Assembly (NCBI RefSeq): GCF_018977255.1
Contig: NW_024704742.1
Span: 310,001-374,000, forward strand
Reading direction: 5' to 3'
Length of the DNA stretch: 64,000 bases
Source: Callorhinchus milii
Lineage: Eukaryota
Shown piece after piece: positions 11,077 through 23,600 of this stretch (positions are counted from its first letter, which is position 1; every line of letters begins with the position of its first letter). The notes beneath the pieces were generated by a model. It saw nothing but the letters and a program-made list of their open reading frames with translations. It was not told where the DNA came from and searched no databases. A program made the translations under genes and the position numbers.

Positions 11077-12630
11077 CCAGTTCTTGCTAATAATTTGAGT
11101 TTTGTACTCTGAATTTATTAAATCCAATAAATAATATCATGAAAAAGAGAATTTGGGGGAAGAAATGCTCAGTAGATTAGAATCCGTGTTGAAATCTAGC
11201 CCAGTTTAATGGTTGAAAGTCTTATTGATCTATTGCTTGTGTTAAATGAATTTGGGCTGGCTTCCAGTATGTGTAGACTCACAGCACAAAGAAGCCCCTA
11301 ATTTAGTACTAATTTGGTAATCTAATGCTCCGAGGCTACAGATAACTTTGAGAAATAGAAATGGGAAATGTTATACTGACAGATTAAAAAGTGCTCTCCT
11401 CAAGTTATGCCTGAAGCACATTATTGGGGAAGGATCCCCCCCTTGTCCGTTTGAATAACGCCACGTGATTGTTATCATTCATCTGAATAGGTCAACGGGA
11501 ACTTGTCCAGCACCTTCAACAATGCGGTGCAACCCAGCGCTGTACTGTTGTGCATGGCGAAGGGCTTCTGTGTGTGTCAGATACCCGACTGATGAAAAAA
11601 ACATTGGTTGGACTTTGGAGTATCAGCCTAGAATACGAAAGTTCAAAGCAGTAGACCCCAGCACAACCCCCCTTCTTCTTTCCCGAAAAAGCGCTTTTTC
11701 AGTTAATACATCGACCGATGTTCTCTCTTTGAGAGAGGTTTCCAAAGTGTGTCTTTTTGCTGATTCTCATTGGTCACTTCACACTGAATGAGATGCTGGT
11801 CTAAAGCAGATATCATCATGTCCTCGAAGAGTTCACATGTTGTTGTTTCAGTATTGCTAATTTTGGAGTCTCATTAATTCTTCAGCAGGGATGCCAACCA
11901 ACATTTTCTTCAGGTTTTTATTACCTGAGTGGTAAACATTCGGGTAGTAAATACCTGAAGAAAATGTTGAAGGATTAATGAGACTCTAGAATTAACAATG
12001 ATCTCGTTTGTTCACATATGTACTTATATATTAGGAAAGAGTTAGTTCTGGGAACCTGGCATGATGGGCGTTCAGAGTTTCCGGTTGTTTTTTTTTAATG
12101 GAATTTTAGCAAAATCTTAGACAATGCTACGTTACTTTTGGTTTCCTGTAGATAAGGGATGCCCGCAGGTAAGCTGCTAATCTAGTTTTGCGTTTGAGGG
12201 AAGAGCAGATCAGTGTCTCGATTAATTCCTACAGCGCCTCATAATTACCCCCTGTGATCTTTCAGTCTGCAACAGGTTTGCAACAATGGAGTTGAATAAA
12301 ACACTACCATTTCATTTCTGTAAAAGTCAATTCTTGGTTTTACTTCCATTACTGCTAAAGGATCCTAATGTATATGACCCTCCATATACCGGTGTGTGAA
12401 AGATGACCAAATAGTATGATATCAGTGCTTCAGATTAGAAGAGTGCATGTTCATAGCCTTTATTCTGAACTATTCCCAATTCTCTCTATGAAGAATTGCT
12501 TACACAAGGGAGAGGACCTTGGAAAAGGATTAAGAAAAGTTGGAAGCTTCTTAATTATATTGGCAGGAGCCTGAGAGCAGATACTTTGCTATTTGCTATT
12601 TAGATGGAGGAAATGAGACTTGTGTGGAAG

Positions 12631-13013
12631 TGTCAGCCTTGCTCAGTCGGTAGTATTCTGGCCTCTGTATCAGAAGGTGGACTCTCAAGTTCTAGGACGA
12701 CACTAATACAGTACTGGGGGAGCACTGCGTTGTTGAAGGTTCAAATGAGATGTAAACCCATGGTCCCATCTGATTATTTAGGGAGATGCTAAGGATTAAA
12801 GATCCCATGGCTCTAGTTGAAAAGAGAAGGGAGTTTCTCACAGCGTCCTGGCCAACAATCCTTCAGATAGATCGTCCTTCACTGCATGGCTATTTGTGGA
12901 ATGTCGCTGTAAATCGGCTGCCTCGCTTCTCTGCAGAGTCGCTAGGTTCTTGTGAAACACTTTGAGGCGTCTTCCCAACACGGAAGTCGCTGTATCAAAT
13001 GCAAGGATGATTA
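12631..13013 (+). mobile_element. DeuSINE-type element
   Basis: ATGAGATGTAAACC...TAAAGATCCCATGGC...GTCCTGGCCAA Deu-domain motifs. Confidence 0.75.
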
Positions 13014-13974
13014 TCGGAACAAGGGAACCATTTATAGTTTGGAAAATACATTTAGCAGAATCCATAGGTTTACAGAATTTACATTTCACTTTGAAGAAAA
13101 GTCCACAAGAATTGCATGAGAATTACTTTTAAGAATTAGTTGGTGCAACTCAGTGGCATTTTGATAAGCATATGGACATGTCCCTTAAGATGTAGCTATT
13201 TAGAGTCTGAGTATTGTTGATTGTGTTCCTTCCAACTGGCTCAATGATTCAGCACGATTTCCCATCTGCACTATTACTCCAGGCAAGGAAACAGACTGCA
13301 GTAAAATTTAGTGGTTGAGTAACAAACTCAGTCATTCCTTGACTACTGAGTGTAGGAGGAAATTACTGGAAATAAAGATGCAAAATAACGAAGGGTGATG
13401 GGAGATGCAAAGAAAATAGATGTGAGATATAGATATGTATGAGTTGGGAATTCAGTGTAATATAAATGTTAATTTTTGGGATGAAATAAATAGTTTTAAT
13501 ACATGTGATAAACAAAATGAAAATGTTAATTTCTGCATAGAGAAGTCTGTTTCTAAGATAAATGCAGTGTGTTAAACCAGGAAGCCACGCAGCTCTGACA
13601 GGAAAATAGAAAGGCCTTGCTTCTACCTGGAGCACCATTATATCTCAAGGTAAAACTCACCTTTTCTTCCCGACAACTAACATTTATTTACATTAGAACA
13701 CCATTACACACCGCTGTCGTGGGTGGATAAATCCCAACCTGCCGAGAAAAGGGTGTGATCACAAGCCAGCACTTATTTCTGTGTTCACTGTGCATTCATG
13801 TAGAAAAGCAGCTGCTTCCTGGACTAAAAGGGAGAATTTAGAAGAGTTCTTAGTTGTAATGACTTTGTGTCGTAACCGGCCTCAGGTTGACTTGTGGTGA
13901 CTATTTGTAGGCGAATACACAGAACTGTGTGTGTGTGTGCAAAATAGTTTGCGCAAAATTTGTTGTGTTCTCAG

Positions 13975-14305
13975 TAATAATAATAATAATAATAATAATC
14001 CTTGCATTTGATATAGCGCTTTTCACGTCGGGAGGACGTCCCAAAGCGCTTCACAGAACACACTGTAAAGTGAATTGACTGTATATTTGTGGGCGAACGC
14101 GGCAGCCAATTGCGCACAGCAATGTCCCACAAACAGTCGTAGATTGAAAATGACCAATTTATTATTGTTTTGGGTTTTGGAGGGATTATTATTAGGCTCT
14201 GTGTGGAGTAAGGAAACTTGCCCAAGGTTTCGCCCTCTGCCTGGAATTGAACTCAGGTCTCTTGCTTGCAAAGCGAGTGCTCTAACCACTGAGCTACAGG
14301 ACTCC
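13975..14305 (-). mobile_element. tRNA-derived SINE, young subfamily
   Basis: Near-identical copy. Confidence 0.93.
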
Positions 14306-14573
14306 ACGTTCAGCGTTGGGACAATTGTGATGCTACTGTACTACTCCATCTTTGGCTCTATTCCAGCCACTTTTAAATACTCTTTCTCTTTAATAACATG
14401 CAGGTCAAAACGGTTGATTTGATAGACAAGGGAACCTATTTCTTGCGCATACTTGCCGTTGCTTTTGATCTGGTACGGTAACTAACACTGTTTCAACTTA
14501 AAAGTTTAACTCTTATTTCTTATTTTCTCCCTCCCAGGTAGTAAGACTGTGGTGATCCATCTTAACAAGAGTA

Positions 14574-14673
14574 ATGGATCATCGAAAAGAAAATGGGAGC
14601 TTTGTCCCCTCGTTTACAGATTTGGAAGGTTTTCTTACTGAACATGATTCTAATGTTGTGTGGCTCTTTGTTG
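14574..14673 (+). CDS. BLTP1: BLTP1 coding exon 1 (exon starts 14538; ATG 14574)
   Basis: Acceptor ttctccctcccag; MDHRK...VVWLFV; donor G|gtaagt. Confidence 0.92.
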
Positions 14674-17600
14674 GTAAGTCATTTGAAAATCCTTTAGTGG
14701 TGTTTTTTTAATTCTTAAAAAAAACTAATGCACAAATAAGTTCATTATTCATGGTTTAATCAAATGATGACAACGTATGGGTTCCCTCTAATCTTATAGC
14801 CATTGTCTTCATGGCTGTGTGTGACACTGCTGTTCAAATACTAACTGCTGCATTTGAATACAAAATACACAGTACTATACCTTACAGTAAATTGTATGAA
14901 GCCCCTTGAGATCTTTCCCAGACCTAAATAAACAGCGGAGCCTCAATATAACACAATTGAACTCCATAAAATCCCCAAATCTTAAAGTTATTGGTGTACA
15001 TTTCTACTAATTTTGAATATAAATTGGATGTTTGTACTGCAGATTAAATATACACAGCACCTAGAGAGACCATAGTATGTAAGAAATTATTGGCAATTGA
15101 TTTAATACATGTGGTAGTACCAGTCATTTTTGAAATAATTTCATAAGATACATAAGACTCTTGTTGCGTGGCTATAAATATATAATGATACTAAATATTT
15201 GATACATCTGAGATGCAGTTTTTCGAAGGGTTAGAACCTCTCATTCAAAGCCCAATAGAATGGGCGATGACATTTTTGATGCAATTCATTTGACTTGAGT
15301 TTTGAAATTCATTGTAAAATATTATTTATTGTTTCACGTTACATTAGTAAATCAAGAAGTTTGGGATTCAACCTTCAAGTAGCTTGAATGTTGCACACTG
15401 CTAATGTTTTGGATAATGACCACCTAACTTCAAAATGTTATTGGTGTAACTGATAGGCAATACTAATACTTAACCATAGCACATTTTTTCCCTTTCTGTC
15501 TCTGGGATTTGGACAAGATATAATACACTTCCCTCCCAAAGCAATACATTGTATTTATACATCCTGTTTACGACTATTAGCTGCTCCTGACATTCAGGCT
15601 GTGTCAGGAACACTGTTATAGCTCAATTTGTGCTTGCTCAACATTAGTTTATACAGAATGTTAAGCATTGAATCAATGCCAAGATGTCACCTTGGCTTTA
15701 GTTGCCTCTGGATCAGAAGGTTCTCAATTCAATAATAATATTACTTGCATTTGATATAGCACCATCTTCGAGATCTCTCAAAGCGCATGGATGTGGTGCC
15801 CACGGGGCCACTCCCGACTGTTTTAAAGGTGGCGTCCCAAAAAACACGTGCACAACCTGTGCGCGGGGAAGGAACGTACCGTAAACAACTATTTTATATC
15901 GGGAGAAAGGGAAAAAAATTGTAACAGAAGATGTTGTACGTTGTTTTGGATAGTTTGTTTTGGATTTCTGTTGTACCAAATATATTTATAAATAAATATA
16001 TATTTAAAAAAAATTCTATTCCCTCCCCCTCATGTAAAGGTCTAACTTCCTCTTGAATGGATCTGTAATAATAAGGACCTATTATAATTTTCTTTTTTCT
16101 GTGGCCTTTAAAGAATAAGTTCTGAGCACAATCATGTTTGTTGTATATTTCATTCCTCGCTCAGACTTGGATTTGGCAACTCCCAGCCATCGTTGCACTA
16201 ATCTACCTACGCATGTCTCAATCTCAAGTCGAATGCAAGAGGAAGTCTGTTTGCGGACTGCTCTTACGCACTTGACAACATAGCGTGTATCTGTTGACGT
16301 AACCTCTGCTGAGGTTAGAAATTGATTGAGGCTCAGTTCCCCACATACTGAGGACTGTGTGATGGAACAATAAATAATTGATACCATAATGAAATTAACG
16401 CTGGATAGTCGAGGATTTGAACCCGAGCTGGGAGTTTGATTTAGTGTGGGGGTGGGGGGTCGCGAAGGAAAGATGACTGAAGGTGCAGTCAAAGAGGAAA
16501 GTCTTGCGTTGGACATTGAATAAGGCGAGGGAAGGGATGAGAAGAAGTTGCTGTTTTGAATCCTAAAATAACTCAATTTATTCGAAAACTCCCTTTTCGT
16601 TTTGAATGGTTTGATGAGATCTCCTTCTGAATAGGCAATGGGATTGTGTTTTAACATCTCATCTGAAGATGGGCCCTCTGACAATGCAGCAACACCCCAA
16701 TTCTGCAGATTATCAGACTGGATTATGAGCTCAACCCCTGACATAGGACAGGCCAAATGACCCATGGCTTGATTTTGTTCCTAAAACAGGATTTCGTTCC
16801 AAGCATGAAAGTGCAATCAAAATGGAATGAAGAAATTTTCTTGGTTGTATAATAACTTTCTATTTGGTTTGCATGCGATTGCAACATATTTGCTTTTTGA
16901 ATTGCATAATGCTTACGTCCGGAGTGTAAATTGTTGCTTGTTCTGGCTTTAATTGATCCTACAATCTTATTTATTTTACAGCTACAATTTTATCATGTGG
17001 ATGGATTATTTACTTGACCTACTACAACTCTCGTAACTTAGGACTGATATTGACACTGGTTCTCAACAGACTTTATAAAAATGGATATATCCACATTGGT
17101 ACGTTGCATTTAATTGTAAGCAGCACACAAATTATATAGTGCTGCTTTTTTGTTGAGTAACAATATCCTCTACACAGCATGACCACATAAATCAGAGGTC
17201 TGAGGAACATTATAATAATAATAATAATCCTTGCATTTGATATAGCGCTTTTCACGTCGGGAGGACGTCCCAAAGCGCTTCACAGAACATACTGTAAAGT
17301 GAATTGACTGTATATTTGTGGGCGAACGCGGCAGCCAATTGCGCACAGCAATGTCCCACAAACAGTCGTAGATTGAAAATGACCAATTTATTATTGTTTT
17401 TGGTTTTGGAGGGATTATTATTAGGCTCTGTGTGGAGTAAGGAAACTTGCCCAAGGTTTCGCCCTCTGCCTGGAATTGAACTCAGGTCTCTCACTTGCAA
17501 AGCGAGTGCTCTAACCACTGAGCTACAGGACTCCACATTATAATCAATTATGTCCATAATTTATTGGAATCTTGTTGTTGATGTGTAGTCTCTACTGCCA

Positions 17601-20600
17601 TTTTACTGAAACTGCAGTTTTGAGAGAGCAGAATTATGATTTTTTTTAAGACAAATTCATAAATTAGTGCTCCTGGTTTACAATCATCTTATATTTGTGA
17701 AACAACACAGCACAAAGATGTGCCATTTTAGATGATGTAAATTATTTATATATGAGTCATGTATCTTTTGAACATAGTTGCCAATGAAATCTTGGGGTGA
17801 TATTTTCTTGTAATTTAAAAAAAATAAGGCATTAAAGGCATCAAGACCGTTAAATTTACTGACCTGTGGAATATCACTCATTATTTCTTTCTATTCCACT
17901 TAAAAAATCTCTTAGTTCTACTGTGTAAGGAAAAAAATATAACCTATTTCTATCTTTTCCACAGGTTCTTTTTCATTTTCTGTGCTGTCCGGAAAGGTCA
18001 TGTTTCGTGAAATTTATTACATCAATGAAGACCTGTCCATCAGGTAAGAACTATATTGATAAGTGAGTTGATATTTGAATTAATTGTTAATAGACACAAT
18101 GTTAATTAAAGGATCCGAGTTACAATGAGACAGTTTGTTTCCGGACTTTTTTTAAGTGTGCAAACGTATAAAATGATAAATCGTGTTCATGTATTTCTGT
18201 TGTACAATCATTTAGTGACCTCAGCTGGGAGCTGTTGTAAAAGAAGAAACTGTGTTCATATAGATCAAATATAATGTCATACTCTCCTCCAACTATTGCT
18301 TTACAATCTGCAATATACTATGTTGTAGTTTTGCTTTTGAAGGTAATTTTAATGCAAATTGGTTTGGTGTAGTCTAACGTTAGTTAACTAGACTTGTGTT
18401 TCTAAAATATTAGGGTTTACAACATTTTTTTGGAAACTGTAGAATATGATCATGTACTTTTGTGCACATAAAAAACTTTAGGTCAGAGTTGGCATCCAAT
18501 ACAGAATAAATGAAATCTATTAATGGTTTAAAATATTCATAATTAGAGACATACCATTGAAAGAAAGTGTCGACAAGCTTTGAAGGAAAATAGTTTTGGC
18601 AGGCGAGATAGATTTCATGCAGGAGATGAGAGGGAAATGGGGTCAGATGTGTAAAAGGCAGGGATCATCGTATTGAGGCACTGCTCCATGTGAAGGGCAC
18701 TATATAAATCAAGTTGTTAAATGCAAGGGATAGGAGAGGGGGGGGTGGAGAAAGCTGAGGGGAGTCGAGCAGGTTGCCACAGTTTTGTCACCATTGAGTT
18801 AGTTACCCTCATCCAGGATTTGATATTTGACTGGCAGTTTGGCAGAACAACAATAGTCCTGGAGTCGATTATAAATATTTACCGAAGTGGCATAATTTCT
18901 TTTAACCTGATTGTATATGTTTGAGTGTCATAGAACGATTGCAATAAATGTTTTTTTGTAGGTTACATTGTGGTCGTGTTCCATAATTTGCTGTAATTTT
19001 AATTCTAGAATCCAAGATGGGTTTCTCATCTTCAGATGGTGGAAAATGTACAATCCTAAGCAGAAGCAGCACGGTAAGTTTCTTTTTTTTGTCAGTAATT
19101 TGGGCAGGTGATTTGATCCCACTCCTCACTTTCATTGGGTTTAGATTTACTCTTATTTATGTAACATTTGAGAGCATATAGATACACATCCTTAATTTTG
19201 AATGTTAGTCTCCTCTAAATTTCTTTAAAGAATTACAGAAACCCTCCTTGACTTGGTGGGCTGAATGGCCTCCTTCTGGCTTCTGACATCCGAAGCGCTG
19301 ATCAGCTGCCATTTTTAGCCTCTTAATATTGTGTATTTATCCTCTTAATATTAGTATTCCAATTTACCGTTAACTCTGAAGTTCTTTGAGACATCCTTAC
19401 AATATAAAAATCACTTTACCAAATGTAAAGATTATTATTTATTTTCAATGTCTTTGATACATCTGAGGTGCATAAGTATGTTTGCTGAGGTGCATAAATA
19501 AGAAACCCAAAGGTGTTTGTCTGATCCATTCGTCAATGGAGAGAGGAAACGTACTCTATATCGCAGTTGTTTTTGACATTTTCCATTTTTGTATCCCAGA
19601 TTACCTTTTGAACTCTTGTTTCATAATTCTTCCCCTTAGGAAAAGTAAAACTTAACACTTTAATTAATTTTCTGGCAGAGTGTTCTGATAACACACACTG
19701 GTAATCTGCAGCAGATACGTGAGCAACTGAAAGAAAACAATGGGTTCAAGTTTTGTGTCTTCACAGAGTGGTCTACCATATGCTGATTGCTAAGAGAGGT
19801 TTTGTGTTACAATGTGTGACAGACCCCATTGTATTTCTTTAACCACGTTGGAAACTGTTATCAGAAAAGACAGAACTGTAGCTGGAGATTTTTAGATTGG
19901 CTTTTGCTTTCCTGATATTTACGCACAATTTATGCAAATTAATTACTCCGAGAGGCCCTTGTTTGTCTGAGCTGAAAAAGATTATTTTCATTACACTGTT
20001 TAAGCCTTATTTGCCAGCTCAATCAGCCTTGGGCGATAAATAGCAGCTGAATTCAAACACATTTTCATCACCAGGAGTCTAAATGTTTGCAGTGTTTTTC
20101 AGTGAGCTGTTTTATAAAACGTGCAGTATTATCATTACATGGGTGGTAGCCTATCTTCTACAAGAGAAGTTTGTCCTGTGAGGCGCTTTGAGACATCTCA
20201 ATGATGTGATAAGGCGCTATATCAAATGCAAGGATTATTATGATTATGATTGCAGTGCCACATTCCATTCAGAAATGGGTGTGGAAAATTGCCAGAGGTG
20301 GGTCACATTGTAAATCTGTGTGTAGAATAGCAAAGTACATGAGTCAGAAATTCTTAGGAAAACGCTTCTCATAGCATTGTTTTGTTTAAGATTCAAGAAA
20401 TCTGAGCCTTTTCAGTGCAGAAGTTGTTTTGCTCTGCATTTACACTATGAGTTTGCCTGCAGAGGAAATTAGCATTGTCAATTGTTGGTATTCTTGGCTC
20501 CAAGTCCAACTCCACACAAAAGATTTGACTTGATTTGTTAGAGACGATTGTCTACACTAATTGAGACTGACTCCATTTTTAGTCTGCAAACAGTGAGACT

Positions 20601-23600
20601 AATACGATATCAAACAGAATACTAATTGGTTACAGTTCTATCTAATAATTTTTGCCATGCGGAGTTATACTGTCACTATCGGTGTCAGCCTGACTCAGTG
20701 GTACCCTCTTGCCTCTGAGACACAGGTTATGGGATCAAGCCTCACGTTAGGACTTTGAGCTCAGGCTAACAGAACAATATACTTCTGGTGAAGTGCTGCA
20801 TTATCATAGTTATCATTCTGTGGGTGAGATGTTAAACCAACACCTGTCTTTTCAGGTGGAAGTTAAATATATGTCACTGTTTGAAAAGAGGAGGGAGTTT
20901 GTCCTGGCCAACATAATAATAATAATAATAATCCTTGCATTTGATATAGCGCTTTTCACGTCGGGGGGACGTCCCAAAGCGCTTCACAGAACACACTGTA
21001 AAGTGAATTGACTGTATATTTGTGGGCGAACGCGGCAGTCAATTGCACACAGCAATGTCCCACAAACAGTCATAGATTGAAAATGACCAATTTATTATTG
21101 TTTCTGGTTTTGGAGGGATTATTATTAGGCTCTGTGTGGAGTAAGGAAACTTGCCCAAGGTTTCGCTCTGACCTGCCTGGAATTGAACTCAGGTCTCTCG
21201 CTTGGAAAGCGAGTGCTCTAACCCCTGAGCTACAGTACTCCACAATATATTGATCATTGGTAGTAAAGAAGGTGAACAAGACAAAAGAGAAAAGCGAAAG
21301 TCATGTTGAAGAGAAGACATTCTTCTCTTCGATGTGACTCGCTTTTCCCTTCTGTCCTATATTGTTACTATATTGTTTAATATATTGATCATTCATGGCT
21401 GCGGGACATTGCTGTGCGCAAATTGACTGCAGTATTCCTCTATAAATGCACAGCCACAACACTTTACAGAAACCTGTGAACCATCTTAGGACATTTTAAT
21501 GATGTGGGAAGCTAGCTAGTCAGTGCAGGAGGCCAGGTATATTGCACTTCTGGTATACCATAGGTTTACCGTAATAATAATCCTTGCATTTGATATTGTG
21601 CTTTATCACAAAATGCCCACAAAAGGTGTAAAAGGTTATCCATTTTTTCCTGTTGATTTTTGTCCCAATTTCTTTGCCCTTTGTTGCAGTCCAGTATAAC
21701 AATCTTCAACATCAGAATGAGGTTGTTATAAATTGTTGGACTTTATAAGAAAAAAAGTTTCATCAAATTCTTTGTCAACTTTAAACAATCGGTATCTAAC
21801 GTTCCATGAATTTTCTCTAAATACGTAGTGGAAGCAAACCCACATTCAAATGAGGTATGTTTTCATGCTGCTGCTCTTTATTTTTAAGAGAGGCAATTTT
21901 CAAGAATCTGTTGGTAGTGAGCGCTGGAGTGTATCCTACCATTTGTACTGTGTCATTGGATTTCCCCTTGGGCCTTTTCTAATCTGCAAATTGATTCTGG
22001 CCATCAGGGCCAAAGAGCCAATCTTTCTGGCCCACGCCTCCTTCCTGCTGGGGAAAAAAATGTTTCTTTCCATAAAAAGCCTGGCTGGATATCTTGGCAT
22101 CACAAACATTGCGCAGGTTTACTCATCCAGTTCCAAGGGTAACAGCGGTCATCAATAAATTGATTCACAGAATCATAGAAATTTATGGTGCAGAAGGAGG
22201 CCATTTGGTCTGCACCAGCCCTCAGAGCAAACTATTCAGTTAATCCTGCTACCCCACCCTGGTCCTCCCATACCCCTCTTCAAGCCTTTAATAGTTTAGC
22301 AGTTGACTAGCACTTTAATCACCTAGCAATTGTTTAATTCAATTGGATCATTCTGTGCTTTGTTTTTTGGAGCTATTTTTTCAATGCAAGACCAGTTTAT
22401 GCGTCGGTCTGGCCCAGTTGGTAGCACTCTTGCCTCAGAATGTTGTGGTTTGAAGCTCCGTGTCGGGACTTTGAACTCATAATTCCTACAATTTTAGACT
22501 ATGATTTTTTGATAAACATTATTTTCTAATGTTGGTCTCTACCTTTGTTTTTTTTTAGATCCAAGAGCGGAAACAAGACTGTATATGACAGTGAATGGCT
22601 TTGAATTCCACGTTTACAACCGCTGTGACCTATATGCACATTTAGAAGAAGTATTTGGATTGGAACCAACAATAATTTTTCCCAAAAAAGTAGGCAGAAA
22701 GATCAAAAAACATGAAGGGAAAGACAAGTCTAATCTTGAAAGGTATGGAAACTAGGCTTGATTACAGATGCATAGAAGGGATCTTGTGGGATGATGGGTG
22801 ACCAGATGAAATGATGTTCTATCTCTTTTACCCTGTCCCCTGTATGGGTCCCACTGAACTCCCAGGCACTTTGTGTTATTGAAACCAGAAGTAAGCAAAT
22901 CAATGGATGGTCTGCAGTTCACTACCTGATGAATTTGGAAACCTGACTTGGTTCTGCTCAGTGAGTGTGCTCTAACAGCCCAGCTGAGATTGAGAAATGG
23001 GAAGCCTGGACAACAACCTCCATCTTTCCACTCTGGTGTAGTGTAGTACTTTTATGGAATATTGCACACATTATTATTATTATTCAACATTCATTTGCAT
23101 CACTGGGCTTGCACATCATAATTCCCAGATGTGCATTGCAATTTTGCTGTATTTAAAGAAGATTTTGGTAACTTCTTGCCTTTCCATAGCACTATCTGGG
23201 ATAGACAGGCTGTCTATGTAAATAATAATAATCCTTGCATTTGATATAGCGCCTTATGTCTTCGAGACATCTCAAAGGCCTTCACAAAATACACTGTAAA
23301 GTGAATTGACTGTATTTTGTGGGCGAAATGCGGCAGCCAACTGCGCTAAAGCAGTGTCCCTCAAACAGTCGTGGATTGAAGTGACCAATTTATTATTATT
23401 TTTGAAGGAATTATTACCTGGGGAAAAGTGATCCACCAATCGACTAATAACCGGGTTCCTACTTACTGCTAGGTAAACAGAGGCATGTGGAGTAAGGAAG
23501 CTTGCCCAACAATTCGACCCGCCCGGGAATCAAACCCAGATCTCTCGCTTGCGAGGCGAGTGTAAATTGTTAAATATTGACTTAGAGTCTGAATTTTTAG

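Noticed and set aside
13971..14307. Recurrent ORFs such as ...[17 protein letters not shown]...KDYYYY
   Set aside because: Translations of the non-coding SINE; poly-Tyr is the (ATT)n tail.
14531..14546. Recursive splice site (CAG|GTAGTA)
   Set aside because: Weak donor match, and the AG is adequately explained as the acceptor of the ATG exon.
16082..16765. 227-aa minus-strand ORF
   Set aside because: Begins in a DeuSINE fragment and has no recognisable domain or exon signals; likely chance.
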